A DNA stretch of 63,924 nt, the filler included, from Rhabdomonas costata (taxonomy: Eukaryota), in NCBI GenBank assembly GCA_019059605.1. It is 20 parts of 20 records of this genome, joined end to end, with 100 filler letters (N's around TTAATTAATTAA, not from the genome) between each part and the next. Parts side by side here need not be neighbours in the genome. Positions count along the whole stretch, not along the records: positions 38,431 to 41,527 come from JAHMHO010001388.1; positions 41,628 to 44,721 come from JAHMHO010001389.1; positions 44,822 to 47,922 come from JAHMHO010001390.1; positions 48,023 to 51,115 come from JAHMHO010001391.1; positions 51,216 to 54,311 come from JAHMHO010001392.1; 15 more parts are not named here. The stretch is one strand, 5' to 3'. Position 1 is the first letter of the stretch. Each line of letters begins with the position of its first letter. The notes beneath the pieces were generated by a model, which was not told the DNA's origin, made no database searches, and worked only from the letters and a program-made list of their open reading frames with translations. The position numbers and the translations under genes are program-made. This document shows positions 39,000 through 52,360 of this stretch, piece after piece.

Positions 39000-41178
39000 A
39001 CCCAGCTCAGGGTTAGTAGAGCGACTCTCCGGCTGCCCAATGAGGACTGTGCAGTGCCCTGCACCACGGGTAGCAAGGATTGCTGCAATACCAGCTCGCA
39101 CACGTCAGTCAGACCTGCAATGGACAGCAACCGTGGTCCAAAGCGAAAACGGGAAAAACGGGAAAAATGGGAGGGGGCGAGGTAAAGAATGTGGGAGATG
39201 AGAGAAAGCAAGGACTCAGGAAAAAAGACAAGGTGGACAGGGAAACTCAGAAAAATGATATGTGATGGTTTTCCATTCAAAGACTGGGGGCAGAACAGGA
39301 CTTCCACCTGCCTCCGATGGAATCCAGTTGAGCAGCACAGCCAGCAGCCACCCGCAGGCGTGCACAGGGCCTAAGGAAACGAAACACCCAGAAGCAATTG
39401 CATACACACCACAGCGCAGCTGCCACAAAAACAACGACAAGTCAGGAGAAGCGCAGCACCCCGACACCAAAAAAAATGAAACGAAAAGAAGATGCCAGCG
39501 CAACATGTGTCGGGATGGGATGGGGATCAGGATGAGGGAATGGGAGGGTAGTTAGTTAGTTGGGGCAACAGCGTATGAAATATTTGAGCTGTAACTGTTC
39601 GCAAGAACTGTCGAACGAATAAGGCGGCTTCTCCGACAGTCACTCACACTCCACACTAGGGGGAATCAATATAACCCATGCTGGATAATAGGCGGTTGAC
39701 AGCTCCCAGAACTATCGAGGGGGGAAAAGGCATCCAGATGCACACACAAACACGCACGCACGCCAGAACGCCCCCAGACCAAGCTCCGTCGTGGGGGCCT
39801 GGATTTCGCCCAGCGCGGCGAGCGCAATTCTGCACAGCGCCACCACGGTGCTGGCGGCCGGGCACTCCACCTGTACACAGAAATCCAGTCACTGCCACCG
39901 CCATCGGACCTTACTGACATGAAGAATCTGCGCATAGACAGTCCCCAGTCAACGACCCAGCAAAAAGAAATGAAATTGGGAAAATGCAGGGAAGGATTCC
40001 AGTGCACTTGGACCTTCGCGCAGGATCCCAGGAGAACGCAGGCCAGCACGAGCAAACGCTCTGGGGCGCACTCCGAAGCGGGCACGGGCTGCACAAGAAG
40101 GCCCAGCAGGCGGGCCTGCTGCCTGCAAAGGGAAGCAACCACCGAGATTCAATTGAGTGAGCATTGCGTATCAAAAGCTGAACAGACAACGGAAAGGAGG
40201 AAAGGGGCTCCGAGGAACTCCACTCCACCGTTCTTCCGGGGATCGGGGATGCCACTGAGAATGGTCAAGCCAAGCGAATCATTTAAAAAGACATTGTTCC
40301 GGTTTACCTGACAAACTATGGGAAGTAACGAACACCGACCGAATGTTTGCAATGAAAAGCTCATCCAGATACCCCTTCCCTCCCTCTAAAGCATACGACG
40401 GCTGCAGGGTGGAGATCACAGACTGGCAGGTGATGGCCAAAGTGCGGAAATACGACGAGTAGGCCTGGGAGGGCTGCATCAGCTCTGCGCGAAAACCGCG
40501 AAGAAATCGCAGCGCGCACTCCCTCTCTAAAGTAAAGCGCAAGAAGCCAGCTCCCGCCGATGGACTTTGATATGGAGGGGGGCCTGTTTTCTTTTTCTCG
40601 TTATTGTGCGAAGGCTCCAGCCCAACAGCCCAAGAACAAATGCTCTGCACTGCAAATTCACGCAGACTCACACAGAGAAGCACACGCAAACCAAAAAGGC
40701 AAAGCAATGGCAAACGATGGAAACAAGGCAATGTTTTGGGGGTCCGTTTCCTCCTTATAAATCGCCCGGTCAGTTTTCCTTTATTTTTCTCTACTCATCG
40801 CCCGTACGTCTGTTATTCTGTTGATATGTGGACATAGTTAGGGAAGACAGACGGCAGTGTGAGCAGGTGAGGAGTTGAATTTCAGCGACAGATCGAGCAG
40901 CAAGTACAAGGTCTAATCATGGCTTAGCTGCTTCAAAAACCTATGCTTGGGAATCCTATCTCCCTCTTTGCATACGAGGCGACCTCATATTTGTCTGAAC
41001 CAACGCAACCGAAACCAGCTTGCAACTGCTCAGGCCGACGTACCTTCACACGGTCCGCCACGGGGTCCCTCTGGGGCGGCGGGGGAGGTGCGCTGGAGGA
41101 CGCCGAGGTGGAAACACCCTTCGATGAGTTGAATGGTGGCAATGGATACACGCACGGGGGACCGCAGGGGGACGAATG
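39000..41178 (-). CDS. Multi-exon hypothetical helical-repeat protein (internal part)
   Basis: Short GC-rich, Leu/Ala-rich exons bounded by AG/GT near 41178-41044, 40484-40397, 40122-40014, 39869-39780 and 39113-39003, e.g. 'YSSYFRTLAITCQSVISTLQP' and 'RRVALLTLSW'. Boundaries are approximate. Confidence 0.5.
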
Positions 41179-42039
41179 CTGGCTCCTTGGATGGGTTTCA
41201 GAGCAACTTCCTTAACATGCTTCGTTTATCTTCTTCTGGCAAAAAAAAAGCACTAAAAAGCATCAAGAAGTCCGGATACCTGGGAAGTGAACCATGGCAG
41301 CGGCAAATCTTACTGGGGCTGCCTCAGGACAACCATTCCATCCATTGCGGGTCCCAGTCCCGTAATCCAAATGGTCCGGCACCAGCACCGATCCCCAGCG
41401 AAGGCAAAGAATCAAGTAGTTGGGCTGAAAGTGTGCACCCTCAATTCCCCTAGTGCAGTGACCACTAATGCTTGACGCAGTGACGACGTAAAAAAAATAT
41501 TCGTGTACGAGTCCCTGGCTCGTGTAANNNNNNNNNNNNNNNNNNNNNNNNNNNNNNNNNNNNNNNNNNNNTTAATTAATTAANNNNNNNNNNNNNNNNN
41601 NNNNNNNNNNNNNNNNNNNNNNNNNNNTGCTCTTTTGGGTTCGAGCTTTGGTGGAGAGAGGGAAAGAATGGATGCAAAGCGGGCGGGGGCAGCGTTCATG
41701 ACTGTGCGCTGCATATTATCTTTCTGCCTCATTCTGCGAGGTTGTGGTAGGTGCATAGGGTGTCCGGTCAACCGCGGGAGCTGTCCTGACATATCTCGGC
41801 CATATTTGATTTGGTGTGTGTCCGCTGTTGTTTTTCATCTTGAGGTATTTGAAGAACGCTCTCCAGAACGTAGTGTTGTCTGGCCCTCTTTCGAAATTTC
41901 TCCTGTGAACATTTTGGCACCCTGTAAAGTTGCAGTGGCCGGAGCAATTTATTGTTCAGCGTTTTCGAAATGGAGGGCTTTCTGGACCGGTGGGGTTCCA
42001 TAGTTCAAGGTTCAAGGTCTTGTTGTTGTTTTTTTGCAG

Positions 42040-42222
42040 GCCCAGACAGTAGCCGTTTCCACACCCACCGTCACGCGTCGGCAGAGGGTAACCAATGCAG
42101 TCGCGCAAGGCTTGCTTGCGGAGGCTTCGTCGCTGCCGTCATCTCCGGTTGCTCCGAAGGAAGTTCCAGTGAAGCGCTCGCCACGGGCTGTGCCGCAGAC
42201 TGAAGAGGAGCTCACCATTTGA
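42040..42222 (+). CDS. Probable terminal exon of an unidentified gene
   Basis: TTTTTTTGCAG acceptor followed by a GC-rich open frame 'AQTVAVSTPTV...TEEELTI*'. Confidence 0.4.
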   Translation, partial: AQTVAVSTPTVTRRQRVTNAVAQGLLAEASSLPSSPVAPKEVPVKRSPRAVPQTEEELTI

Positions 42223-44864
42223 CAAGTTTCCAGTTTCGGGAGAAGGCTGTTGTATCGTGCATGCTCCGACCTATTTCTTTGCCGTGCGTGTTTGTCCTGT
42301 GTACATTTACACTCTTGGATGTGAAAGAGGTACCGTGCATCTTTGCAGGAGCGCTTTCAATAAAGTACGAATCACGGTCAAGAGGCAGAAAAGAAACGAG
42401 AATGTTGACTTCATAAACGTCGGTTGGCCAGAACCGGATGGAAGTCCAACCCCGTTGTTTAGTGCTCTGAAGTTTGGGGGCCTTCCGTGGCTCGAGCGGC
42501 AACAAACCAACCAAGACCGACTGCGAAATTAAAAACACTGAACGCAACACCACCGCATACTCTAACGAGGATTGCGCTGCAACGAAGAAATGGGGCCGGC
42601 ACGGAGGACGAACGAGAACATGAAAGGCGACGCCAACTCCAAAATAACATAACGGAACAGAAGAGTGTTTACTCGAAGGGTTGTCGCCCTTTCCAAATGA
42701 CCTGAAATTCAACCCCAAAAAACCTGTCCAAACAGACGCTGGGGCCACGATTTGAACCGAACTCGATCACGCGGTTTTGCCGGCGAAAATTCGTCGCGGA
42801 ATCGGCGCTTGGCCGCGGATTGCTATAATGATTCTCGATGATGCCCGGGTGCCTGTGTCCGGCACCGCCTAAGAAACAGAAGGACCCAAATGATCCTGAG
42901 AGGGTCCGCGGACCGTCGGGTAGCACATTTTTCCTAGCGCATGTTTAAACTGACTTTGAACGAAACGAACCCTTGATTTAATGCCATGTTAAAAAACAAA
43001 AAAAACCCATATTCCCCTTCGGATCCATTTTCACTTTGGATCGGCGCGCGATGAAAAACTAAAGCCACTCCCGCTTTCAACATTTTGGGTGCTAAGCTCA
43101 TCAGCTGTTGCTGCTGCTGCTTTGCGCTGCTTCTGGGGTTCATCTGATTCGGACTTCAGTATCTTCATTTCGTAATCGCGGCGGGGCCGCCGTGACCAAG
43201 GGAACGGCCCTTGTACCTTCGGCTTTTGCCTTGGATTCTCCTTGGCGTACGCCAATCTAAGAAGAGCGACGGCACCTGGAGCATTGGACCACTTTGCCAT
43301 TAGCCCCGGTCTGACTCAGCGTGGGGCAACTGGCGCCATAATGGCTGTAACCAGGCCGGTTCGCGACACCTTGTATCCTGAATCTCACCAAATCCAAGTG
43401 CACACGGACCATGTGTAGCGCACGCCGTTCCGTAAAAAGCAGATCGCCTAACATGCAATGCTTTTCTGCCCCTGCCATGCCACATCCGCATTTCCATCAG
43501 CTTTCCTGACATGCACCTAGAATGGTGCCTGCATCAAGTCGTTGTGGACCACCTTGTATACACTTTAAATCGTGCACCCGGGTCCATCCAAAGTTGAGTA
43601 CTGCGGCTTTATCCTGGGAATTTGTGGAATTCTCCAGCAGCACCAGAGTTTTAGCAAAGTGAGTTATTTTATCGTGCGCAAAGAAGTTTCGGACAAGCGC
43701 AGTGTTGTCCCTTTACACTACCTTTCCGAAATCGATGACGTACCTGATACAAATTGCTAAAGTTGTAACGGTTGCCAGCGCAGCAGGTGTTTGATCTACT
43801 GAAGTTTCACCGGTTGCAGGCTCCAGTACGTATTCACCATGACACAACGGCTTTGGCAAGCTCCGAAAACTCGAGCAGGCAGTTTAATGTTTAAGATAGA
43901 CATTCTGCAAAAAAAACTCGTAAGCTTCCTTAAAAATATACTTCAACTGTAGAATCTCAGATAACTTGCGGATGAAAAAATGCTGCAGTGACAGTTCGTT
44001 GAGTGGAGTGCAAAGAAGCGGTTTGAGAAGTTTCATTTGACTTCAGTGGTTATAGTACTGTACGCCAGAAAACGGACAAAACTGTGCAATAAAAAATGTT
44101 GGAGTTGTGTTTAGAAATCACAGTAATACAATGTAGCACATTATAAAGATTTGTTTCGAACTATGATGGAGTAAAACCCATGTACTATTTGGTTAAAATT
44201 GACAACAATCTGTCTACAATTAGTACATGCATTGGTGTTTTCAACGTTCTTACTAAACACTGGCACCACATGTTGTAATGGCTTAATTCTCACGTAATTT
44301 TAAATGGTTCTAGAATAGAGTATGTAATGTTTTACATCAAGCATACTAAACGTGAACACAAATTTGTAAAAAGTGTATTTGTTAAAGGCAGAAAAGTTTC
44401 GTGTGCAAATAAAAAATATTCAAGAATTTTTACTTTGTGCAAAATTTCGTTCTCGTAAACAAAATATATCATAATTAAAAAGGACGTTTGGTAATTTGAA
44501 ACTAAACGTATGCAAACAATGCCGCGATCGCGACAGCTATCATGACAGAGACAGAAGGGACTCACCTCGAGACCGATGGGAGCTACGTCCGCCCTCAAGA
44601 GACGAATGTTACGAGATGATCAGCAAGATGTCACCGTCTCCCTCCCGCCTAAACAACAAACCCGTCTCACCAGGACCAGCAGGACGACCTCTAAGCAGAG
44701 TGCTACCCCCGCATGATCGTANNNNNNNNNNNNNNNNNNNNNNNNNNNNNNNNNNNNNNNNNNNNTTAATTAATTAANNNNNNNNNNNNNNNNNNNNNNN
44801 NNNNNNNNNNNNNNNNNNNNNGGGTGTGGGTGGAGATGAGCGCAGCCCGTAGATAAGGGATTGA

Positions 44865-45143
44865 CCTGGGAGGCAAAATACGGTATGGAAAGGTGCTTTG
44901 CGCGCCAAAGGCGCGGGGGTTTTTAGGAATAAATCTCCAGTCCTCTCAGACTTTTAGGTACACAGTGCAAAGGCGAAGTTTCGGCCTCAAGAACAGTCGT
45001 TTTGAAGATGAAATAGACGTGTTTCGGGTGGACGGCGTGCACCTTCAACGTCAAACATCAGCCGACACACTGACTGCCATGATTTAGTGCCGCTCTGCCC
45101 TAAACCCAGTGCTTGAACTGTTCCGACGAAAGTCTCAGTTTAC
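44865..45143 (+). repeat. Dispersed non-coding repeat, copy 2 (in the TBCB intron)
   Basis: Homologous to 35504-35732, with an extra segment of about 45 nt after CCTGGGAGGCAAAATAC. Confidence 0.8.
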
Positions 45144-45283
45144 GGTAGAGCCTACTAAATAACTTTTCCGTCTCGACGTTTGCGTCTTGGGAACTTTCGG
45201 CCTTTACAGCATCTAATTCGGATGCCAACAATCGCGCACGTGGAATAACGAGCAGACAGACACACAGAAAGACAGACACATAC

Positions 45284-46552
45284 AGCAGCCGAGGCGGAGT
45301 GCGGGTCCAGATCGACGACGTGAAGGACGTCTCCATCCTCCGGGCTGTAATACCCGAGCAGCTTGGTATCATCATTCAGGGAGGCCTTCGGGGTGCCGGA
45401 CTCATCCTAAGATACAATGTCCAAGCGTGCGCTCGTGCCCATATACCACGCAACCCACACCAGCGTTACATGAGATGCGGAATCCCTCGGATAACCTTTG
45501 CCCGCACCACCTCAAGGACAAGGCACCCCAATCTTTTCTTTTCATCCGCTCGCACCAAGTTGTGCACCAAAACCTCCGGGATGCTGTGTACACGCAAAAA
45601 CTTCGTCCAAAAGACAGGGCAGCAAGCGACCATTAAAGTCAGCGACATGGCCTCCCGAGACGTTCCCGTCGCGGAGTGGAGCTTTTCCTTCACTGCTGCG
45701 ATGGTCATATGCCTGAGACGCACCAACAAAGCATTATCCACAGCAATGAGGGCAGTGGCGGTGGCAAAGGTGGCAAGCCAACCCCTCGCCCTCGCGTGAA
45801 GAGGGCCATACCGCGGAGCGGCGCGCACCAACAGGATGTCAAAAGGAGGATGTCAAAACGCTGTCCCAAAGAGTTTAATGCACATCTCAACCGGTGAATT
45901 AATCGCATGAGTTTCCCTTACCCGTTCCGCCATTTATTTGCCTCTGCCCTCCACGTATGTGGTAGGGTTGCATGGATGGCAAAGAATCATCCCAAAAANN
46001 NNNNNNNNNNNNNNNNNNNNNNNNNNNNNNNNNNNNNNNNNNNNNNNNNNNNNNNNNNNNNNNNNNNNNNNNNNNNNNNNNNNNNNNNNNNNNNNNNNNN
46101 NNNNNNNNNNNNNNNNNNNNNNNNNNNNNNNNNNNNNNNNNNNNNNNNNNNNNNNNNNNNNNNNNNNNNNNNNNNNNNNNNNNNNNNNNNNNNNNNNNNN
46201 NNNNNNNNNNNNNNNNNNNNNNNNNNNNNNNNNNNNNNNNNNNNNNNNNNNNNNNNNNNNNNNNNNNNNNNNNNNNNNNNNNNNNNNNNNNNNNNNNNNN
46301 NNNNNNNNNNNNNNNNNNNNNNNNGGGTATAATAACGGACCCACCAGTTTTCATATGGCGACATGATAAATCGGGGTATGTCTTTGAGAGCAAAACAATT
46401 GACCGATCCATCCGAATCTCGGGGAAGTCCCTGCGGAGGTTGGAGTGGGTGACATGCAGCACCACAGTGGTGGCTGAGCGGGCCTGAATGCCGCTGCTGG
46501 GCGCGGTGACATACTCCCGCAGCGCGGCCAAGTCTTGCGGAAGGGAGTACAT
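45284..46552 (-). CDS. TBCB: Tubulin-folding cofactor B, N-terminal ubiquitin-like domain; exons 46552-46404, 45712-45631, 45406-45284
   Basis: Spliced product 'MYSLPQ...VVLHVTHSNLRRDFPEIRMDR|HMTIAAVKEKLHSATGTSREAMSLTLM|DESGTPKASLNDDTKLLGYYSPEDGDVLHVVDLDPHS' matches the TBCB Ubl domain. Intron 1 spans a real scaffold gap at 45999-46324. Confidence 0.9.
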
Positions 46553-48836
46553 TGCAACGCAACGCTTGGCGCGTCCACGTACAAGGAAGAACACGAAAGG
46601 TGAGCTGTGCTAGAAGTCCTTTGGGGGGGGGTGCGCAAAAGGGGCAGAAGAGAACGGGCGTAAGGCCCAATCTAAGAAAGCAGAATCCGCCTGGAAGAAA
46701 ATACAAATTCTCCCATCATCCTGGGGTGGGGTCACTGTTGGTAATTGTAGACGAATCAGCCACTCACCTTCCAGAACCCCCTGTCTGGACCGCTAGGTGT
46801 TCTTGCTGATACCACAACCCCAAGTCTCACATCCCCAAAACCAAAACAATTTTCAACAAGCATCTGCTGAGTGGGGAAATTCCGGAGCCGGGTCGGGCGG
46901 GAGGCCGGCTTGCAGACAGGCTGGGTTGTTTTCGACGCAGCAAATTTTGCTACTAACAAACTCGAGACGTACGAGAGTGCGGCAATGATGTTCGAAATCG
47001 CCATATAACCCCACCCCCTCCCGGCCCCCGCTCCTCTCCCTAGATCTTATATGCCAGTGTGTTTGTCGTGTTTGTGTGTCAGTTAGTGTGTCTTTCGCCC
47101 GTATCCCAGTTCCCAGTCTCGTTTCCTCCTTTTCCCTTTTCCTTTTGCGCGCCCCCCGTGTTCGTGTGTGCTCCAGTATTGTGCCGTAGCCTGCACTGAT
47201 ACCCTATTTATCCCCCTCAGATCTAGCGTTCCTTCGGGCAAACTGTTCGTTTTTGGTGCTGCACCCCAGACGCTTCACCAAATCTTGTGCATTTGCCGCA
47301 GTGCCGTGATTCTATGTCTGAAAAAAATTCGCCATGACAAAGAAACTGCTCAAAACTCAAGGTAAATCACCAGTGTCTTAAGAGACGTTTTCTCTGCCCC
47401 GTTGCAAACCCGCAGTTCCCACTCACCCCCGGCTTCCCTCCGTTCCCTTCAACATCTTTCGAAGTGATGCTAAAACAACATGCGCAACAACTTTCAATGA
47501 AAGCCACATTGTTTCATTGTTTTCGTCACTACCCAGGGCCACTTCCGCCTTTGCGCCTGGAGCCACCCCGGCGAGTCTTCCGCTTCCCTAGCGAGTGCCT
47601 CGACGCGGACGCAGGGGCTGCGCGGCGGCGGTTGGGACGGCCGTACCATATCCTTATCTTTCGTTGCTTGTCTGCCGCAGGTGGGGCCACGCCCTCTTCA
47701 CCGTTTTCCCCATCCCCCTCGGGGGCGGCAGAGGGGGGCATTGCCTCCTCAACACCCTGCCCACAGCAAAGCACAGTTCACTCGGGTGAGTACGTTGAGG
47801 ACACAGGTGCAATGTTGCCCTCTCCACAACGCTTTTTGTCAGACCCCCCCCCTCTCTCTCTCCCTTACCTCGTCATGCGTACGAGCCCTGACCTTTTCTT
47901 CACGCAATTCAGTTTTGTTTTTNNNNNNNNNNNNNNNNNNNNNNNNNNNNNNNNNNNNNNNNNNNNTTAATTAATTAANNNNNNNNNNNNNNNNNNNNNN
48001 NNNNNNNNNNNNNNNNNNNNNNTGTTGGTGTGTTTGGTAGCATATTTTAAAAAGTCGTTAAAGGATCCCCAGGTCGCGTTCCCGCCACAGCCGTCACTCC
48101 GCCCGCCGCGCCTGTGAAGTTCCTGTCCTTTTGGATTTGTCGCGTCCCCCTGGACTGTCTTGTGCACATCAGCGGTTGGGAGGCACCTGCTATTCTGCAA
48201 GGCGGAGTGTATGGGCCTTGAACGTATGGGGGAGATGTCCTCAGACTACTTTCCATCGGAGTGTCGTTGGAAATTAGTTAAGCAGATTTAGGTATAGGTT
48301 TAGGTTTAGGTATGGGTTTATGTTGAGGAAGTTAAGAAAATCAGGCCGATTCATGCAGTAGTATGAGATCTCGTCCGGGGGTTGCCACAACGCGGAAGTA
48401 GCCTCGCTTCTGGGCTCAGATAGTTTCATATGACGAGCATTCGTTCGTGATGATATGGAGCTGACCACCGAACTCCTGGACTGCGTTGGCCTTTCTGGGT
48501 GCACATCCACTATGCTGATGCTTCTTTCAGTGGCTCCCCCTATTCTGCTTTTTGCACCAACCGGGCTGCTCGCTTTAGTGTGTAGACATTGGTGGGATGT
48601 TCACAAACGTGGGCTTGTATTGTATTGTTTCTTGTATTGTTTCTCCACGATACCTGTGGCGGTTGATGATATCAGCAGTAAAAAGGGAATGGGCGGTATG
48701 AAACCTTGAAGCCAGAATGAAAAGCTACCTCAGCCGCTTTGCAAACTGGGCTTTTAGAAGTATGAAGTCCGCTGAGAGCGGAATGCTCATTAGTATTGGT
48801 CGTCGCACTGGGTTTGTGGTGATTAAAATGCAATAG

Positions 48837-50721
48837 ATCGCCGAGGAGAACAGGGCGGTGGGCCAAGAGATCGACTTGGACACCTCCACAGCCAGCGCTG
48901 CACTTAGCAAGGGGTTGGAGCAGCTTTTGATTCAGGTGCGTTGCGTTTTGGACATGGGATCCCAGATCCCAGGATTTGCGTTTGCTCTCATTTCCCATTT
49001 TTCGCAGTCGTCCTTGAAAGTGAAGAGAAAAGAGCAAAAGGGACATCCAGGGACATTGATGTTTTTTTGCACGACGAACAAAGCGCTTTTTGGATGTGTT
49101 TGTTTAGCTTTGGTAGTGTGCTTTCATTGCGCAGGTCTATTAAAATCTGGTTTTTGAGCAGGTTTTGGTGCGCTGCTTGTCATTGTGGGGCTTGCTTCGC
49201 AAGAAACCCGGACCTTATTTGTGCTATCGGCGTTACCCTTTCGGCGTTCTGTTGTTGCTGCGCCTATTTGGAAAGTGCCGGGACATTCTCCGGGTGCCCA
49301 GCTGCGATGGGCGATGGGCGGGCAGTGGTTTGCGAGATTACGTGACTTGGTAGGTCGGTTGTCGCCCTGGTACAGGGAAAAATGAAAAACAATGGGTTTT
49401 GCCATCACCTGAATTATTCTTTCTGGTCCAAAGCTGGTCCAAGAAATAACAATAAAGCGCATTATGTGACGTATGAGGCAGCCTCATAATTCCTCTGAAT
49501 GTGTGGAGGTGAAGGTGGGAAACGCCACCACCCAAAGTTACGCAAAGATTTCCCCCACCCCCCCCCCCAATACAAAAAGACATCAGAATGGTGAGTGGTC
49601 TAATAAGGTATAAAAAAAGGTCCAAAAAAGGTCCTTGTTTGTGTAGCAACGTTTAAATGCTGTATGTGAGTGGGGGCTCCTTAACAAAAAAACCTGCTAT
49701 CATCGGAAGGAACAAGGCAAAGCGCAGTTTAAAAAAGTCCGCAGAATAGAAGCACACCCTGGTGATCGGTGATCTGTGATCTTGTTTTGAAGGCGGCGAT
49801 GGTAACACAGCATACTGCGGTGGTGGATTCAGGTCCGGAAGATTCTTCCTGCGTCGGAGCGCAACCTTTTCCGCACCGTACGGTACGAGCACATGAGCTA
49901 CACTGCGGTTGTGCCGGCCAAGGAGAACGAGATCGACACTGTGGGCAAGCGCTTCCTGAACATGGTGCTTTTCTGGGAGCGCTTTGTCAAGGTCAACCGG
50001 GAGATCCTCCACGACCTGACCGGAACTCTTCGCCCGGGCAAGGCCACGCTGATCCTGGGCCCTCCGAAGTCTGGCAAGGTGTGCGCCTGAAACTTGCGGA
50101 TGCGGGGAGGAAGTCTGATCTTTACGGAACCAGCGAACCTTTCTCGACTGCAGGCAGGAGCTGCCTATCTGAGGTTGGGCGGTTAGGGCCAGAATTGTGT
50201 CGTTGTTCAGGCTGGAGTTTTAGCTTTTGGTGAGAAGGTCGAATGGTCTTCATTTCCTGGAAATGTGGCACGAGAATTCGGGAGGAGATGTGGTGAGCTG
50301 TGTAGATGTGTGTTTCCGGGGACTCAGGGCTCCTTTGCCTTCAGTTTAAGTTTTTTTAAGTTTTTTCTTCTTGGTTTTGATGCGGTAAAATGGCAGAAGT
50401 CCACGGTGTCGTTCACATCTCAGAGCTCCTTCATGAAGATATTGTCCGGGCGTGCCGTGGAGAACTACAACAACGTCGTCTCCGGGAGGATCACCTACAA
50501 CGGGCTGGACCGCAAGAAAGTCCTGACCAGCAAGATCACCGCGTACATCTCGCAACGCGACGAGCACTTTCCTCTGCTGACGGTGCACGAGACGGTGGAT
50601 TTCGCCCTGAAGACGGTGTTTGGTCTTGACCAGCTGAAGGTTCCCCCGGAGAGTAAGATGTCCCATGAGCAGCTCCTGAAAGTCTGGAGGCTCTCTGTCG
50701 AGGTCCAGCTGACGCTCCTTG
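48837..50721 (+). CDS. Second PDR/ABCG-type ABC transporter, partial (N-terminal part of NBD1); exons about 48837-48935, 49833-50078, 50424-50721
   Basis: 'REILHDLTGTLRPGKATLILGPPKSGK|SSFMKILSGR', 'SGRITYNG', 'AYISQRDEHFPLLTVHETVDFA'. Confidence 0.9.
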
Positions 50722-52360
50722 GTATTCGCACACGCCGTACAGGACGAACAGGGGTTCTGGAATCTGCATTTCTGGAATCGGGCCCCGATAGAGGTGCATC
50801 TGATGACTCTACCTTAGCTGGAGCGGGAGCGTATCAGATTACAGGACCCTGAAATTTTGGAGCCTCGTCGAGGTCAGGGGTTTCTGCTGCAAAAGGGCTG
50901 GCCTTTGCGTTCAGAGAACACACCCGGAAGGACCTGAGATGGAGTGAAAAATACGTCCACCCGAACGCAGTGCATTGAAACAGTGCACAGTTGTGATGTC
51001 CTGAGTACCGCGCATGGTGGAAAGAGGTTCACATGCAATAAGAGGCAAACTAATTTACCTTGGGACGAAGAGGGCAGTCAAGGGTTTTTCCAGGGCGGTT
51101 CCGGACACCACCCCCNNNNNNNNNNNNNNNNNNNNNNNNNNNNNNNNNNNNNNNNNNNNTTAATTAATTAANNNNNNNNNNNNNNNNNNNNNNNNNNNNN
51201 NNNNNNNNNNNNNNNTTGTGGTGTGTGCTAGGCAGGGGTGGCCAGAGAACCGGGCCCACATGGCTCGTAAGTATCTCGTGCAGTTGGCGCTGATCTGGGC
51301 AGCACGCCCCTGCCCGCCCTCCACAAGTTCGAAGTCAGACCCATCGCTGAGGTCTGCCATCATCAATGTCACAAGCAGGCAGAACCCCCCGTTGTGAGAA
51401 AATGAGCGCTGTCCGGAGAGGGCTTCATCCACAACAAGCCGATCATTGCCTCGCTCAAAGAGGGGCACGCTCTCATAGCTGAAGGTGACAACGGCGGAAG
51501 ATGCGGTGGGCTCCCCGCAACTGGGACAAAGGGTGGAGAAGTCCACAGCAGCTGTGCGCTCCTCACGGGCACACAGATGTTGGAGGTCAGAATACATTGT
51601 CGCGCAATAAAGTAGAAGGGAGACAACCTTGCCAGTAAAATAAACGCAAAAAACACTTCAAGTGGCGCAGCAACCGAACCCAACCGAGCCTAATCTTGTA
51701 TGAAACACGGGAGTAAGGTGTGGGGGTTGCCCAAAGAATTCCTCCTCAAATTAAAGCAGCCACCACCCGCGCATTTCTTCGTTGCTGAGCAAATGGTCCA
51801 GGCATTGCCCTGCCCATCATCCTCCCTTGCCTTGCGTAACAGTGCTTTCACCCTCCGTGCACACACACACACACACACTCTCTCTCTCTCTCTCCGTGCA
51901 CAGGGCATTGCTCTGGTGGAGGTCTTTTCTGCATTCAGCAGGACACACACACACACCCTCGGATGCGGAAGAAAAAAGTAGTGCACCCCGTCTGAATTCG
52001 GGCCTGGGTTCGCAGTATCGCTCGGTGCAATGCGTGACAGAGGGATTCCGATTCCGAGAGCTCACAGCGAATCCGAATTCAGGCCTCAGCACACAAAATC
52101 ATAATTATTATCCATGACCCGATCCCGTCTCCGAGGCCGGAACAGAGCACAACTGTGGGAGATTCAGAACACACATGATTTAGTCGTACAGTTTCTCCCG
52201 TCGAACAACAGGAAGTGCACGTGTGAAGATTGGAATAGGACATGCTGCGCCACCGCCCATCCGCACTGTGTACCGAAAGCCTTCCAGCCCCCTCAACTAG
52301 CAAAGGGAGGGCCATCACACATAAGTTGACACCCAGCCAGCACATTAGATCTTGCCCCCT

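Noticed and set aside
39000..41178. Naming the helical-repeat gene as MMS19
   Set aside because: Only a faint resemblance ('LLTLSW'), which is not enough without a profile search.
51992..52082. 10-bp inverted repeat CTGAATTCGG...CCGAATTCAG as a mini-MITE
   Set aside because: Short, single copy in the window and no clear target-site duplication.
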